Shown: in pieces, positions 26,615 through 39,118 of the stretch
How positions within the stretch are numbered: the stretch's first letter is position 1
Layout of the letters: every line of letters begins with the position of its first letter
Origin: Candidatus Latescibacterota bacterium
GTDB lineage: Bacteria > Latescibacterota > UBA2968 > UBA8231
DNA length: 64,000 nucleotides
Reading direction: 5' to 3'
NCBI GenBank assembly: GCA_036011085.1
Contig: DASCMS010000052.1
Location: forward strand, 20,166 to 84,165
Made by a program: the position numbers and the translations under genes
Notes under the pieces: generated by a model
What the model was told of the DNA's origin: nothing
The model's database searches: none
What the model saw: only the letters and a program-made list of their open reading frames with translations

Positions 26615-27910
26615 ATGAGAATCACTCACGCGGATCTCGATATTCAGCGCGAGCCCTTCGCCAGGCCCTTCGCTTTCAAGGGCTCCGCCTTCCACGAGAA
26701 GTGGAATCTCGTGGTGCGTCTGCGGGACGATGCCGGCACAGAAGCCTGTGGGATCGGCGGCCTGGCCGTCCTCTGGTCCGACGCCCGGGTCTTCGCCTCT
26801 CATACCGAAACCGGGGGCAATGCCCTCATGGTGGCAACCCTCGAGAGGGCCCTGCAGGCGTCGTTGTCGACGGACTGGGAACGTCCTCCAGACCTGCTGG
26901 CAGCCGTCAGAAAAGAGGCCGAACAGTTCGCCCGAGTGGCCACGGGTCGAGGCGTCGATCTGCAGTCGACCTTCGTTCTCAACGCCCTGGTCGCGCTCGA
27001 CAACGCCGCCTGGGTTCTGTGGGCGAGACGGAGGGACGTGACCGACTTCGAAGGTTGGATTCCCGCCGCCGCGGCAAGTGCCCTGGGGCATCGTCAGAGC
27101 CGCGTGGCGCTGACGCCGGCAGTGGGCTACAACATGCCGGATGCTCAGGTCGGGGAGCTCCTGCAGGAGGGGGCGGGTGTGCTCAAGCTCAAGATCGGCT
27201 ACCCGGGTCTGGAGGAGGAGATGGTCGCCGGCGACTGCCGCAACCTGCAGCGGCTGCAACCACTCCTGCGGGGGGTAAGAACGCCTCTGACCGACAGTGG
27301 CGACGTGGCACTATATCTGGATGCCAACGGTCGCTATCGCTCGAAGGCCGCACTACGGAGGGTTCTGGACGAAGCCGACCGTGTGGGCCTGCTCGACCGG
27401 ATTGTCGTGCTCGAGGAACCCTTTGCTCCCGATGTGGAGGAGTCCGTCGGTGACCTCGGCGTCCTCGTGGCCGCCGACGAGAGTCTGCACGACCCGGCCG
27501 ATGTGGCCGGCCGACGTCAAGCCGGGTACGGCGCCATCGCCGTAAAGCCGGCGGGCAAGACGCTGTCGGTGGCCTTCGACATGCTCGAGGCGGCGACCGC
27601 TCAGGAGATGGTTGCCTTCGTCGCCGACAACGCCTGTGTGCCTGTGCTGGTGGAATGGAACAAGAACATCGCGGCGAGACTGCCGGCTTTTCCCGGTGTG
27701 CGCGGAGGCATGATGGAGTCGAACGGGGCGGAGAACTACGGCGGTTGGGAGCAGATGCTGGCCGAACACCCGAGGGCGGGGGCGCCGTGGCTGGCAGCCC
27801 GGAACGGGGTCTACGAACTCGACGACGACTACTTCGTGGCCGCCGGCGGCATCCTCGATGAGCCGGAGGCGTATCTCAAAGAACTGCGACGACGCTCACC
27901 GACAGGTTAG
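26615..27910 (+). CDS. Enolase-superfamily enzyme (mandelate racemase / muconate lactonizing enzyme-like)
   Basis: 431 aa. VLKLKIGYPG (KxK), LYLDANGRY, VVLEEPF and VAADESL correspond to the MR/MLE metal-ligand and base motifs. Confidence 0.8.
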   Translation: MRITHADLDIQREPFARPFAFKGSAFHEKWNLVVRLRDDAGTEACGIGGLAVLWSDARVFASHTETGGNALMVATLERALQASLSTDWERPPDLLAAVRKEAEQFARVATGRGVDLQSTFVLNALVALDNAAWVLWARRRDVTDFEGWIPAAAASALGHRQSRVALTPAVGYNMPDAQVGELLQEGAGVLKLKIGYPGLEEEMVAGDCRNLQRLQPLLRGVRTPLTDSGDVALYLDANGRYRSKAALRRVLDEADRVGLLDRIVVLEEPFAPDVEESVGDLGVLVAADESLHDPADVAGRRQAGYGAIAVKPAGKTLSVAFDMLEAATAQEMVAFVADNACVPVLVEWNKNIAARLPAFPGVRGGMMESNGAENYGGWEQMLAEHPRAGAPWLAARNGVYELDDDYFVAAGGILDEPEAYLKELRRRSPTG

Positions 27911-27914
27911 GCCT

Positions 27915-28679
27915 TCAGACCGCGACCATGTCCTGAAGATCCTGGCGGAATACCCAGGTGTCGTCGCGAACGTAGTGTGTGGCGAAAGCCAGCCGGGGTC
28001 GGTCGGTGGTCTGGTTGGCGTAGGAGCCGTGTACGGTGAGGCTCGAGAAGAACACTCCGCCGCCCTTGGGCACGGCAAGCATGTCGAGATCATCACGGGT
28101 ATAGGCGTGGAGGTCATGGGACTGCATCGTTTCCGTCCACTGTTTGCCGCTGCGGTCGCTCATGGGGTAGTCATTCACCCACTTGGCATGCTGGTCTGAC
28201 TCCCGGACCTCGTCGGTCTCGAGCAGTCCCTGCATGTGACTGCCGGGAGCGACGCACAGGCCGCCGTTGTCACCCCCGGTGTCACCAAAGGCGATCCAGC
28301 AGGCTGTCAGCGTGTTTGGCTCGTTGCGGATATAGTGAGTATCCTGATGCAGGGCCACGCCGGTGCCGCCGCCGGGTTTCTTCGCCATGTACATGCTCTG
28401 TACGATGACCGGCGTACCGTTCATCAGCTGGCGAACTTTGGCGACGACCTGCGGGTGGCGGGCGACGGTGCCCCAGGCATCATCGGTACGATGGTTCTGC
28501 AATCCCCGAGGGCCGTCACCGTCGTGACTGGCTTCATGCTCGAGAAAGGCGTCTATATCCGTGGCGGGCAGCAGGTCGGGTACCAGGATGTAGCCATCCC
28601 GCCGATAGCGCGCCAGTTCATCGGCGTCGAGAGCGCGAGCTGTGGTGGCGACAGAGTCTGTCGCAGCAGTGTCAGTCAT
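27915..28679 (-). CDS. Phytanoyl-CoA dioxygenase (PhyH)-family Fe(II)/2-oxoglutarate oxygenase
   Basis: 254 aa. YRRDGYILVPDLL, ALHQDTHYI (HxD) and TVHGSYAN (distal His). Confidence 0.8.
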   Translation of the reverse strand: MTDTAATDSVATTARALDADELARYRRDGYILVPDLLPATDIDAFLEHEASHDGDGPRGLQNHRTDDAWGTVARHPQVVAKVRQLMNGTPVIVQSMYMAKKPGGGTGVALHQDTHYIRNEPNTLTACWIAFGDTGGDNGGLCVAPGSHMQGLLETDEVRESDQHAKWVNDYPMSDRSGKQWTETMQSHDLHAYTRDDLDMLAVPKGGGVFFSSLTVHGSYANQTTDRPRLAFATHYVRDDTWVFRQDLQDMVAV

Positions 28680-29238
28680 GGAAGCGAAGATACAAAGGGA
28701 CGGGAACGTGAGCGAACGGAAGCGGCCTGAGAGAGCCGCCTACTACATGGGCATCGCCCTGGCGGTGCGGGCGCGGGCTGATTGTCTGGGCAATCGTGTC
28801 GGGGCCATCCTCGTGCTCGAGGATCGCATCATCTCCACAGGCTACAATGGCACGCCGGCGAACATGACGAACTGTACGGACGGCGGATGCCCGCGCTGCG
28901 CCGATCGAGAACGGTACACGTCGGGTCGGGCGTACGATATCTGCATCTGTGTGCACGCGGAGCAGAACGCACTGCTGGCGGCGGCCCGTTTCGGCATCGC
29001 CACGGAGGGTACGACGCTCTATTCCACGATGCGCCCGTGCTTCGGCTGTACGAAAGAGCTGCTGCAGGCCAACGTGTCCGCCGTTCACTATCTGCATGAC
29101 TGGCAGTACCCCGACGGTGAAATGCAACAGACCTACGAATACCTTCAATCGCAGTTCAGCGGTGGCGTTCAGGCCGTCGATCTGGCCGACGACGATGCCG
29201 CCTGGGCGGTGTCCCGCAAGCGGGAACAGGGCAGCTGA
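28678..29238 (+). CDS. dCMP/CMP deaminase zinc-binding protein (ComEB-like)
   Basis: RPERAAYYMGIALAVRARADC...VHAEQNAL...PCFGCTKEL (HAE / PCxxC). ATG 28678 overlaps the divergent PhyH start, so GTG 28708, preceded by AAGGGA, is the more likely true start. Confidence 0.85.
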   Translation: MEAKIQRDGNVSERKRPERAAYYMGIALAVRARADCLGNRVGAILVLEDRIISTGYNGTPANMTNCTDGGCPRCADRERYTSGRAYDICICVHAEQNALLAAARFGIATEGTTLYSTMRPCFGCTKELLQANVSAVHYLHDWQYPDGEMQQTYEYLQSQFSGGVQAVDLADDDAAWAVSRKREQGS

Positions 29239-30734
29239 TGCGACGCCTCGTCGTCATCCTCTGCTTCATCTGCTGCTCTACCGCACACCCTTCGGTGGCG
29301 ACGGAAGTGCCCCTGCCGCTGCACCCCGTGACCATCGACGGCGATCTGCATGAATGGGGGAATGCGGCTTGGATCGGGGTTGAACCGGCAGGGGACGGTA
29401 TCGGCCTGCGGGGCGTATTCCAGGACGGTGACGATCACGACGCCGTCGTTCTCGTGCAGTGGGATGCCGAGGCTCTCTACGTTGCGGCGGCCGTGACGGA
29501 TGACACTCTCGACGCCGGGCAGGTGTCTCCCGACCAGCGGGAGTGGCAGGGATCAGGGGGACAACGCAAGGACCGCGTGTTCTATTACGACCACATGAAG
29601 GTTTTCCTCCGGGAGCCCGGCGTCAGCGCCGGATACAATCTGTGGTTTGCCCCGCGAACAGGGGACGGAGAGCTCTACTGGTGGGGAGGGCGTCAGCGGC
29701 AACCCGAGATGGTGCGTCCACCGATACGTGTCGCCGCCCTCAGTCGCGGTGAGGTACGAACCTTTGAGATGGCCATTCCCTGGGACTGGATGGAGGCCTA
29801 TCCGCAGCCGGGCGACCGCTTTGACGCCATGTTCCTGTTCACCGACTCCGACCGGCCAGGGGAGGATGTGGCCATCAAGATTTCCCGCGAGGAGGACCGT
29901 TGGATCTGGTGGCAGGGCAAACTGGAGCTGACCGGTCAACCCCAGGAGTTGAGACCGCGCCCCGAACCTGAACCGACGAGACGGGAAGAACCCGCCCCGG
30001 AGGCCGGGCCTTCCCTGGATCCACGGATCACCGAGGCCATCGCCCGCGCCAGAGACGCCGAGGCCGCTGAAGAGGCCCGGGCAGAAAGCACCGCGGCCGT
30101 TGCCAGGCAGGCAGCCGCCTCCGTGGCACGCCCTACGGCGACAGGGGCCGCCGTCACATCGACGGGGCGGGAGACCCCCTCCGAGGAAGGTGAGGTCGCC
30201 TCCTCGGCGGCGAGATCGACCACCGGATCCTTGCGGGCGCGGCTGAACCGGAAGCTGCTGGCACGCCGCGAAGGGGTGCGGGCGCCCGAGTACTTGCGTG
30301 CCCTCGAACGCGATCCGGATCTGTCAGATGCTCAGATCGACACGTTCTACGCCGTGATTCACCGACAGCTGAGCCGGGTTGTCGAGCAGCGGATCACGAG
30401 CCGGGTCGACTTCTTCGTCGTCGACATGGCGACGGCGGCAGGGTGTCGGCGGGACCAGTCGCGCAAGTATCTGGTCGATTTATTAGGGAGGCTCTCCGGG
30501 GCTCACGACGAGGACGCCAGCCGCTGGATCACCGCGGCGGCGACGGTGGCGGGGGTCGAGGATGCGGCGGCGTCTGCTTTCGTCCGCGAGATCGCCCACC
30601 GCGCCGGTGCCGTGTTCGCCGAGCGGGGCATCACGACGTCCGCTGAGCTGATCAAGCGCGGTCGCAAGGAGAGCGGGCTCGAGGAGGACGGGTCATACGC
30701 CCTCATCGGCGCTCTGCTGGGACTCTCGCCGTAG
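29238..30734 (+). CDS. Secreted protein: signal peptide + CBM9/DOMON-like sugar-binding-type domain + low-complexity linker + unknown C-terminal domain
   Basis: MRRLVVILCFICCSTAHPSVA signal. VTIDGDLHEWGNAAWIGV...WDAEALYVAAAVTDD resembles CBM9-like modules. Ala/Glu/Pro-rich linker. TGATG overlap with the deaminase gene. Confidence 0.65.
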   Translation: MRRLVVILCFICCSTAHPSVATEVPLPLHPVTIDGDLHEWGNAAWIGVEPAGDGIGLRGVFQDGDDHDAVVLVQWDAEALYVAAAVTDDTLDAGQVSPDQREWQGSGGQRKDRVFYYDHMKVFLREPGVSAGYNLWFAPRTGDGELYWWGGRQRQPEMVRPPIRVAALSRGEVRTFEMAIPWDWMEAYPQPGDRFDAMFLFTDSDRPGEDVAIKISREEDRWIWWQGKLELTGQPQELRPRPEPEPTRREEPAPEAGPSLDPRITEAIARARDAEAAEEARAESTAAVARQAAASVARPTATGAAVTSTGRETPSEEGEVASSAARSTTGSLRARLNRKLLARREGVRAPEYLRALERDPDLSDAQIDTFYAVIHRQLSRVVEQRITSRVDFFVVDMATAAGCRRDQSRKYLVDLLGRLSGAHDEDASRWITAAATVAGVEDAAASAFVREIAHRAGAVFAERGITTSAELIKRGRKESGLEEDGSYALIGALLGLSP

Positions 30735-30785
30735 AGCTCCGTTCCAGTTCGCCAGATTGCGCTGGATTTCCTTCTTTTTGATGCC

Positions 30786-33700
30786 ATGAAGGAGCTCGGC
30801 GAAATAAGGCGTCAATTCAAGGCGCTCGATGATGAACTGCACGCCATCGTCGATGCCGTTCCCGATATCATCTACCGGGTCGACGCAGAAGGATGAATTC
30901 TCTTCATCAATGAGGCCGTGCGCGAGTATGGCCTCGACCCGGCCGAGCTGATCGGCACCAGTCTTTTCGATCTGATCCATCCCGAGGATCGCGAAAGGGC
31001 ACGCCACCGCGTCGACGATCGCCGTACCGGCGAACGCAGCACACGGTCCTTCGAGCTGCGTCTCGTTTTCGCTGACAACAAGAGCATGCCCTTCGAATGG
31101 AATGAGTCGGATACCACCCGGCCCCTGGTGCAGATCGATGCCGAGGGTGTGTACTCCTCCGACCGACCAAGCTCGGCGGATTTCCTCTACACCCAGGGCG
31201 TGGCGCGGAATATCAGTGCGCGGCAGGCGGAGGAATCCTCGCTGGAGGACATGCGGCGCGAGATGACCCGGCGGATGGGCGCGCACGCAATGCAGATCCG
31301 TGCCGCCTATCGGCAGCTGCAGGTGCAACTCGAGGAGCGCGAACGCCACGAGGCCGAAACTGAGGCCATACAGCGGATCCGGGACGAGATCTGGCGTATG
31401 GTCGAACCGGAACAGGTGGACGAAGTACTCCGCGCTATCGGTGGCAGTCTTCGCGATCTGGGCGTCAACTTCCACGGCATCAGCATCAACCATGTGGACG
31501 AGAGTACCGGCCAGGTCGGTTTCTACTCCTTCGAGGACGACCGCGGCGGGTGGTCGGTTTCGGAGGATGCAGGGGAGAACCTGCGGGTCATGGAGTTCAT
31601 GAAGGCGGGCGTCCCTGCGTATCGGCCGGATCTGCACATCGACGACCCCTGGGGCGAGCTCGAACTGATTGAGGCCGGTTGGGGACCGCCCATCCGATCC
31701 GTCATCGACGTACCCTTTGAGTCGGGCACGTTCGCCATCAACAGTCGTGAAGCCGACGCCTTTCCCGAGCGCGAGCAGGCACTGCTGAGCCGGATGACGG
31801 GCCTCCTTCAGGAGGGGTTCCACCGGGTACGCGACCTGCAGGCTCTGCGAGAGCGCTCGCGTGAGGCTGAGCGTCTGGCCGCCGAACGGCAGGATGCCCT
31901 GAGGAAAGAGGTCGTGCTGAGCCGTGCGCGCGACCAGATCCTTTCAATGCACAGCTTGCGGGACGGGCCGCAGCACAGAGACATGATGGCCGCACTGCGT
32001 GATCTGGGTGTGCCGGTGGACGGATTGTCCGTACAGTTTCCTGCCAGTACACCCGGTCACTACGACACCTACTACACCTCTGATTTTCCCGTGCCGGCAG
32101 AAAGCCTGCCACTCGACGACTATCCGTGGGTCCGGCAGGTGTGGGAGACGGGAAGGTCGGTCGTCGTGGGGCCCGAGCAGCTCAGAGATTCGGCGTTTGA
32201 AGACTGGGAGACGTATTGCCTCGTGGAGGCGCCGTTGCCTGGTGGCGGCTCACTGGGTGTCAGTCGCCAGGATGGTGGCACCTTCACCGACGACATGATC
32301 CAGACCGTGGAGTCTTTTGCCGGTGTCGTCGCCGCGGGCTTCCAACGGCTGCGGGACTTCGGGCGTCTCGAGGAGAGCGAGGAGCGATACCGGCACATGC
32401 TGGAGAATCTACCCCTTGCTGTCGTTTACTCGCTGCTGGACGGGACGATTCTCTACTCGAATCCGATGGCCCGGACCATGTACGGATACACCGAAGAAGA
32501 ATGGAAGGGAGTCACCGGCGAGCAGCTCTACGTCAATCCACAGGACCGGGCGGAGTTGATGCGGACGGTACAGGGGCAACAGCATACCGAGTTCGGTTAT
32601 GCCATGCGTCACAAGAGCGGACGTGAGATCTGGGTACGGGGTCTGTTGACCCTCGTGGCGAATCCGGCAACCGGTCGCCAGGAGATTCACGGGTTTACCG
32701 AGGATGTTACCGAACGCAAGGAGATGGAAGCGCAAAACGCGTTGCTGGAAGAGCAGCTGCGCCAGTCGCAGAAAATGGAGGCAGTGGGCCAGTTGACGGC
32801 AGGCATCGCCCACAACTTCAACAACATGCTGCAGGGCATCTCCGGGAACCTGCAGCTGGCCATCCTCGATGCCGAGGGCGAGATGGGGCACCGGCTCGCC
32901 GACGCTGACCGGGTGACGCACCGGGCGGCGGACATGATTCGCCAGTTGATGGTGTTTGCCCGTCAGGGAATCAAGCCCGCCATACGGAGTGTCCAGCTGA
33001 GACCTATCGTGCAGAACACGATCGAGATCTGCCGTCGCACCTTCGATCGCAAGATCGCCATCGAGACCGATCTCGAGGAAGAGATTCACGTCGTCGGCGA
33101 TCCCGGTCTGCTGCAGCAGGTGCTCCTCAACATACTGATCAACTCCCGTGATGCCGTGTACGACGGCGGGACAGAGTCGCCCCTCATCCGCCTGCGGGCC
33201 GAGATCGTACACGTTTCGGGCGAGGAGGCATCGGACCACCTCGACGCGACCGAAGGACCTCACGTGGAGGTCCAGATCCGTGACAACGGCATCGGCATGG
33301 ATAGCGAGACCCAGCGGCACATCTTCGAGCCCTTCTTCACCACCAAGCCCGTCGATCGAGGCACCGGCCTCGGTCTGGCGACCGTGTAGGGGATCGTCAG
33401 CCAGCACGAGGGCTGGATGACGTGTGAGAGTGAGCCTGAAGTCGGCACCACATTCCGCATCTACCTGCCTGTCGGCCGCGCCCAGGACAGTGCCGACGAG
33501 ACAGCCGTCACCAGGCCGACCGGCCCAGGCGCTCAGAAGGCTCTTCTGATCATCGATGACGAGGAGATCGTGCGGGTGACGACGAGCCGGCTTCTCGAAG
33601 TACAGGGCTATCGTGTCCTGGTCGCCGACAGTGGCGCTGCCGGCATCGAGATCGTCTCCAGCCAGGAGCCGATCGACCTGGTCCTGCTCGACATGTCCAT

Positions 33701-33887
33701 GCCTGCCATGTCAGGGCAGGAGGTGCTGATCGAGATGCGCCGGCTGCGACCTGAGATCAAGGTCGTCATCTTCACCGGGTATACCACAGCGGACGAAGAG
33801 GTGTCGGGGGCCGACGGCGTGGTGCAGAAGCCGGTCACCATGCGGGAGCTGTTGACACGTATCGAGCAGATCCTCGACCCGGATTGA
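30786..33887 (+). pseudogene. Hybrid sensor histidine kinase / response regulator (PAS-GAF?-PAS-HisKA-HATPase-REC) interrupted by in-frame TGA (30894-30896) and TAG (33387-33389)
   Basis: One continuous frame. MKELGEIRRQFKALDDELHAIVDAVPDIIYRVDAEG-TGA-ILFINEAVREYGLDPAELIGTSLFDLIHPED is a single PAS domain. ...[39 protein letters not shown] is a single HATPase_c G2/G3 region. REC (IIDDEE, LLDMSMP, FTGY, QKP) follows in frame. Confidence 0.75.
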
Positions 33888-34966
33888 TCTGTCGCACCGA
33901 AACAGTGCTGGCCGAGTACTGTGAGTCCGGCGCCCATACGGGTGCCCTGCTGTCGATGTCGCTCTCAGGCCGGTTGGTGCAGTGGTCGTCCGGGGAGATG
34001 CGTCCCGGCGTACCGATGACCCCGGATGTCGTGATCCCCTGGCTGTCGGCCGGCAAGCTACTCACGGCAACGGCCGTGGCTCAACTCTGGGAGCAGGGAA
34101 AACTCGGATTGGACGACACCGTGGTGAGATGGGTGCCGGCATTCGCGGACCGGGGCAAGGAAAGCATCACGCTGCGGCACGTGCTGACCCACACCGGCGG
34201 GTTCCGCTCCATGTTCGACCTGGACGGACGGGCCGACTCATCCCAGGATGCGGTGCAGCGGATCTGCGCCAGTCGTCTCGAGCGAGACTGGGTACCGGGC
34301 CGTCGCGCCGCGTACCAGGCGCGTTCCGGGTGGCAGATTCTCGGAGAGGTGGTGCGCCAGGTTTCCGGGGTTGCTCCGGAAGAGTACGTGACCGAACACG
34401 TGCTCCGTCCCGCGGGGATGGCACAGACCTGGTTGTGGGCTTCTGCAGACGTGGCCGACACCCTCGGCGATCGTCTGGCGCCTCTGTTCGACACCACAGG
34501 TTCGGAGCCGATTCCGGCAGGGGAGACAGGGGCGTCATACTGCTCTCCCGGAGCTGGCGCCTGCGGCACGGTTGACGATCTGCGGCGGTTCTACGAAATG
34601 CTGCTGGCTGGTGGCATGGGTCCCGACGGTGACCGCGTGCTGCAGCCGGCGACGGTGGCGGCCATGGTCCAGCGGCACAGGGAGGGACTGATGGACGAGT
34701 CTTTCCGCCACGTCATCGACTGGGGGCTGGGCTTCGTGCTGGACTCCAACCAACATGGCGCTGACACGGTGCCCTACGGCTATGGCCGACACTGTTCACA
34801 CCGTACCTTCGGACACGGGGGAAGTCAGTGCTGCACCGGGTTTGCCGATCCGGAACACGGACTGGCGGTCGCCATGATCGTCAACGGACGCCCTGGCGAG
34901 GCAGCCCACGGGGAGCGTTTCCGCCGTGCACTGAGCGCGTTGTACGAGGATCTGGGACTCAGATAG
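33884..34966 (+). CDS. Beta-lactamase-family serine hydrolase
   Basis: 360 aa. WLSAGKLLTATAV (SxxK) and LRHVLTHTGG. TTG start overlaps the upstream TGA. Confidence 0.75.
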   Translation: MICRTETVLAEYCESGAHTGALLSMSLSGRLVQWSSGEMRPGVPMTPDVVIPWLSAGKLLTATAVAQLWEQGKLGLDDTVVRWVPAFADRGKESITLRHVLTHTGGFRSMFDLDGRADSSQDAVQRICASRLERDWVPGRRAAYQARSGWQILGEVVRQVSGVAPEEYVTEHVLRPAGMAQTWLWASADVADTLGDRLAPLFDTTGSEPIPAGETGASYCSPGAGACGTVDDLRRFYEMLLAGGMGPDGDRVLQPATVAAMVQRHREGLMDESFRHVIDWGLGFVLDSNQHGADTVPYGYGRHCSHRTFGHGGSQCCTGFADPEHGLAVAMIVNGRPGEAAHGERFRRALSALYEDLGLR

Positions 34967-35001
34967 AGGACGGCAATCGAGACCATGGTGGGAGAGACAG
35001 C

Positions 35002-36636
<1,635 letters not shown>

Positions 36637-37557
36637 ATGGCGCGGATCCACGTCGCCGGCAACACCGTGCTAGACATCGTAGCCCACGGTGGGCCTCTCA
36701 CCGAAGCCGGGGCGGACGGTTGGGGGGCGAACGTGCAGCTCCTCGACGAGCCGGTCACAGTGACACTTGGCGGGTGTGGCGCCGCGCCCGCGTACCTGCT
36801 GTCGCGGCTGGGGCATTCGGTGACGCTGTCGACGAATCTTGGCGACGATTCATTCGGCATGCTGCTCGCCGGCTGGTTGCGGCAGGCAGGTGTCGTGCTC
36901 GACCCGGAGCCTGCCGCCGGGACCGCGTCGGCGACGCACGTGATCCATGTCAGTGGCAGCGAGCGTCAGTCATCCTACTACCGGGGTGGTCCCGTGGACT
37001 GGGCCGCCGGTTCGCCACTTGGGTCGTCGGACTGGTATGTGGCCTCCGGATACGGTGCCGTCGGTGCCGATGACCTGCGCCGGTTGACCGAAGTATGTGT
37101 GAGATTGCGGGATTCCGGCATCCGGGTGTTGTTTGATCCCAGCCCATGGTTTTCGGGCCGGGTGGAGAGAGCCGACATGCTGCGGTTGTGGTCCGCGGTT
37201 GATGTGCTGTCAGGTACCGAGGAAGAACTGGCTGTCTGGGTGCCGGGCATCGACGACGCAGCCGGTATGGCGCGGGCGGCAGTAGATTCAGGCCCGAGCC
37301 TCGTGGTGGTGAAACGTGGTGCGGCTGGCGCCGCCTGGGCCACGGCGCAGGATCAGGGCCAGGTGGCGACTCGACAGGTGGAGGGCAACAGCGTGGGTGC
37401 GGGGGACTGCTTCAACGCCCAGCTCGTCGACGGGCTGGCCCGAGGCGAGTCACCCGGAACAGCAGTTGCCGCAGCAGTAGAAACAGCGACGAAGGTGGTG
37501 GAGGCCGGCAGGGGAGTTCTGGGTCTGTATCCACCGTCCCCTCAAGGAGAAGGATAA
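36637..37557 (+). CDS. PfkB-family carbohydrate kinase
   Basis: 306 aa. ATG immediately follows the upstream TAA. TLGGCGAAPAYLLSRLG and C-terminal GAGDCFNAQLVDGL motifs. Confidence 0.8.
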   Translation: MARIHVAGNTVLDIVAHGGPLTEAGADGWGANVQLLDEPVTVTLGGCGAAPAYLLSRLGHSVTLSTNLGDDSFGMLLAGWLRQAGVVLDPEPAAGTASATHVIHVSGSERQSSYYRGGPVDWAAGSPLGSSDWYVASGYGAVGADDLRRLTEVCVRLRDSGIRVLFDPSPWFSGRVERADMLRLWSAVDVLSGTEEELAVWVPGIDDAAGMARAAVDSGPSLVVVKRGAAGAAWATAQDQGQVATRQVEGNSVGAGDCFNAQLVDGLARGESPGTAVAAAVETATKVVEAGRGVLGLYPPSPQGEG

Positions 37558-37565
37558 CGAGACAG

Positions 37566-39044
37566 ATGTCGCAGAATCCACCGAATGTCATCGTGATCAT
37601 GACCGACCAGCAGAAGGCGACGTCGAGCCATCTGTGGGGCAACACCTTCTGCGAGACGCCGGCCCTGGCGTCCCTGGCCGGAGACGGCGTGCTGTTCGAC
37701 TGTGCCGTCACGCCGCATCCGCTCTGCGGGCCGGCGCGTCAGTCTCTGTGGACGAGTCAGTTTCCCCATTCCCACGGAGGGCGTCGCAACCAGACGCTCA
37801 TGTCCCCCCACGCCGTGCATGCCTTCCAGATCTGGAAGGAGGCGGGTTATCACAACGGACTGATCGGCAAGAATCACTGCTTCGAGACGGCCGAGGACCT
37901 GGCGCTGTTCGACACCTGGTGTGAGTGCGGCCACGGCGGCATCACGGAGCCTTCGACGAAGGGCATGGAGTGGTTCCGCCCACGTGCCGGCATCGACGCC
38001 GCCCACGCGGCACGCAAGAACATGACACCGCAGAGCCCACGATTTGCCTACGGCACCAACGACCTGCCGCTGGAGGACAGTGGTACAGGTCTTATCGCCG
38101 GGCAGACGGTGCGGTTTCTCGAAGAACACCAGAACGATCCCTTCGCTCTGTGGGTGTCGTTCCCCGATCCCCACGAGCCCTGGGTGTGCCCCGAGAAGTA
38201 TGCCGACATGTTTCCGGCGGATCGTGTCGAGATGCCGCCCTGGCGCCGGGACGAGTTCGCCGACCCGGAGACGGTGCCCGAGCGCAACCGGGTGCTGAAC
38301 AAGATCCTCGGCTTCGACGACGACGACCCGGAAGACATGATGGGTGTGCAGGGGGTCTACTACGGTATGGTCAAGTACCTCGACGACGGCCTTTCACAGA
38401 TCACCGCTGCCCTCGACCGGCTGAACCTGCGGGAGAACACGATCGTCGTCTACTGCTCAGACCACGGCGACTTCATGGGCGAGCACGGCATGCAGTGCAA
38501 GGGGGGCGTGTTCTACGACTGCCTGACGCGCGTGCCCCTGGTTGTATCGTGGCCGGGGCAGGTCTCCGGCGGCGTGCGGGAGGACAGCCCGGTGAATCTG
38601 ATCGACATCGTGCCCACCGTGCTGGGTCTGCAGGGCTTGGACGTGCCGCGGTCGATGCACGGGGAGCCGCTGCCATCGGTGGTGGAGGATGGGCCGGGCA
38701 GGGAAGTCACGTTCAGCGAGTACGGCGCCGGGGGGCCCGCCTTCACGATGGCAGATCTGGAGCAGATGGAGCAGCCGTACGGGCGGCGAGCGCTGATGAA
38801 CTCGCTGCAGTGGCGTGAGGCGGAGGGCCGGCGCAAGATGGCGCGCACGCGGGAGTGGAAGTACGTGCACGATCCCATGGGGGACCTGGATGAGCTGTAT
38901 GATTTGAAGAACGACCCCTGGGAGGTGACGAATGTGGCACACCTGGCTGAGCATACGGATGTGGTCGCGATGATGCGGGGGCATCTGGCGGACTGGTCGA
39001 TTCGGACGGAGGACTCGCGGGCGGTGCCGATGCCGGTTTCTTGA
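37566..39044 (+). CDS. Sulfatase (formylglycine-dependent, cytoplasmic-looking: no signal peptide seen)
   Basis: NVIVIMTDQQ...PLCGPARQSLWTSQFPH (CxPxR signature) and CSDHGDFMGEHG. Confidence 0.9.
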   Translation: MSQNPPNVIVIMTDQQKATSSHLWGNTFCETPALASLAGDGVLFDCAVTPHPLCGPARQSLWTSQFPHSHGGRRNQTLMSPHAVHAFQIWKEAGYHNGLIGKNHCFETAEDLALFDTWCECGHGGITEPSTKGMEWFRPRAGIDAAHAARKNMTPQSPRFAYGTNDLPLEDSGTGLIAGQTVRFLEEHQNDPFALWVSFPDPHEPWVCPEKYADMFPADRVEMPPWRRDEFADPETVPERNRVLNKILGFDDDDPEDMMGVQGVYYGMVKYLDDGLSQITAALDRLNLRENTIVVYCSDHGDFMGEHGMQCKGGVFYDCLTRVPLVVSWPGQVSGGVREDSPVNLIDIVPTVLGLQGLDVPRSMHGEPLPSVVEDGPGREVTFSEYGAGGPAFTMADLEQMEQPYGRRALMNSLQWREAEGRRKMARTREWKYVHDPMGDLDELYDLKNDPWEVTNVAHLAEHTDVVAMMRGHLADWSIRTEDSRAVPMPVS

Positions 39045-39070
39045 CATCCTCCAACCCCCCCGGCTATACT
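39041..39070 (+). promoter_or_regulatory. Near-consensus sigma70 promoter TTGACA-18-TATACT
   Basis: TTGACA at 39041-39046 (overlapping the sulfatase stop) and TATACT at 39065-39070. Followed by an SD (GGAG 39106-39109) and a small ORF. Confidence 0.6.
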
Positions 39071-39118
39071 TAACTCGTTCCAACCGACCGAATTACCTTC
39101 AAGACGGAGTCAATCAGG

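Noticed and set aside
30894-33389. Stop-codon reassignment (TGA=Trp/Gly, TAG sense) or selenocysteine/pyrrolysine at the two in-frame stops of the kinase
   Set aside because: Many genes in the window terminate with TGA or TAG, and very long ORFs (1558, 1124 and about 1000 aa) contain no internal stops. The positions are not catalytic Cys or Lys sites, and I saw no SECIS-like hairpin immediately downstream of the TGA.
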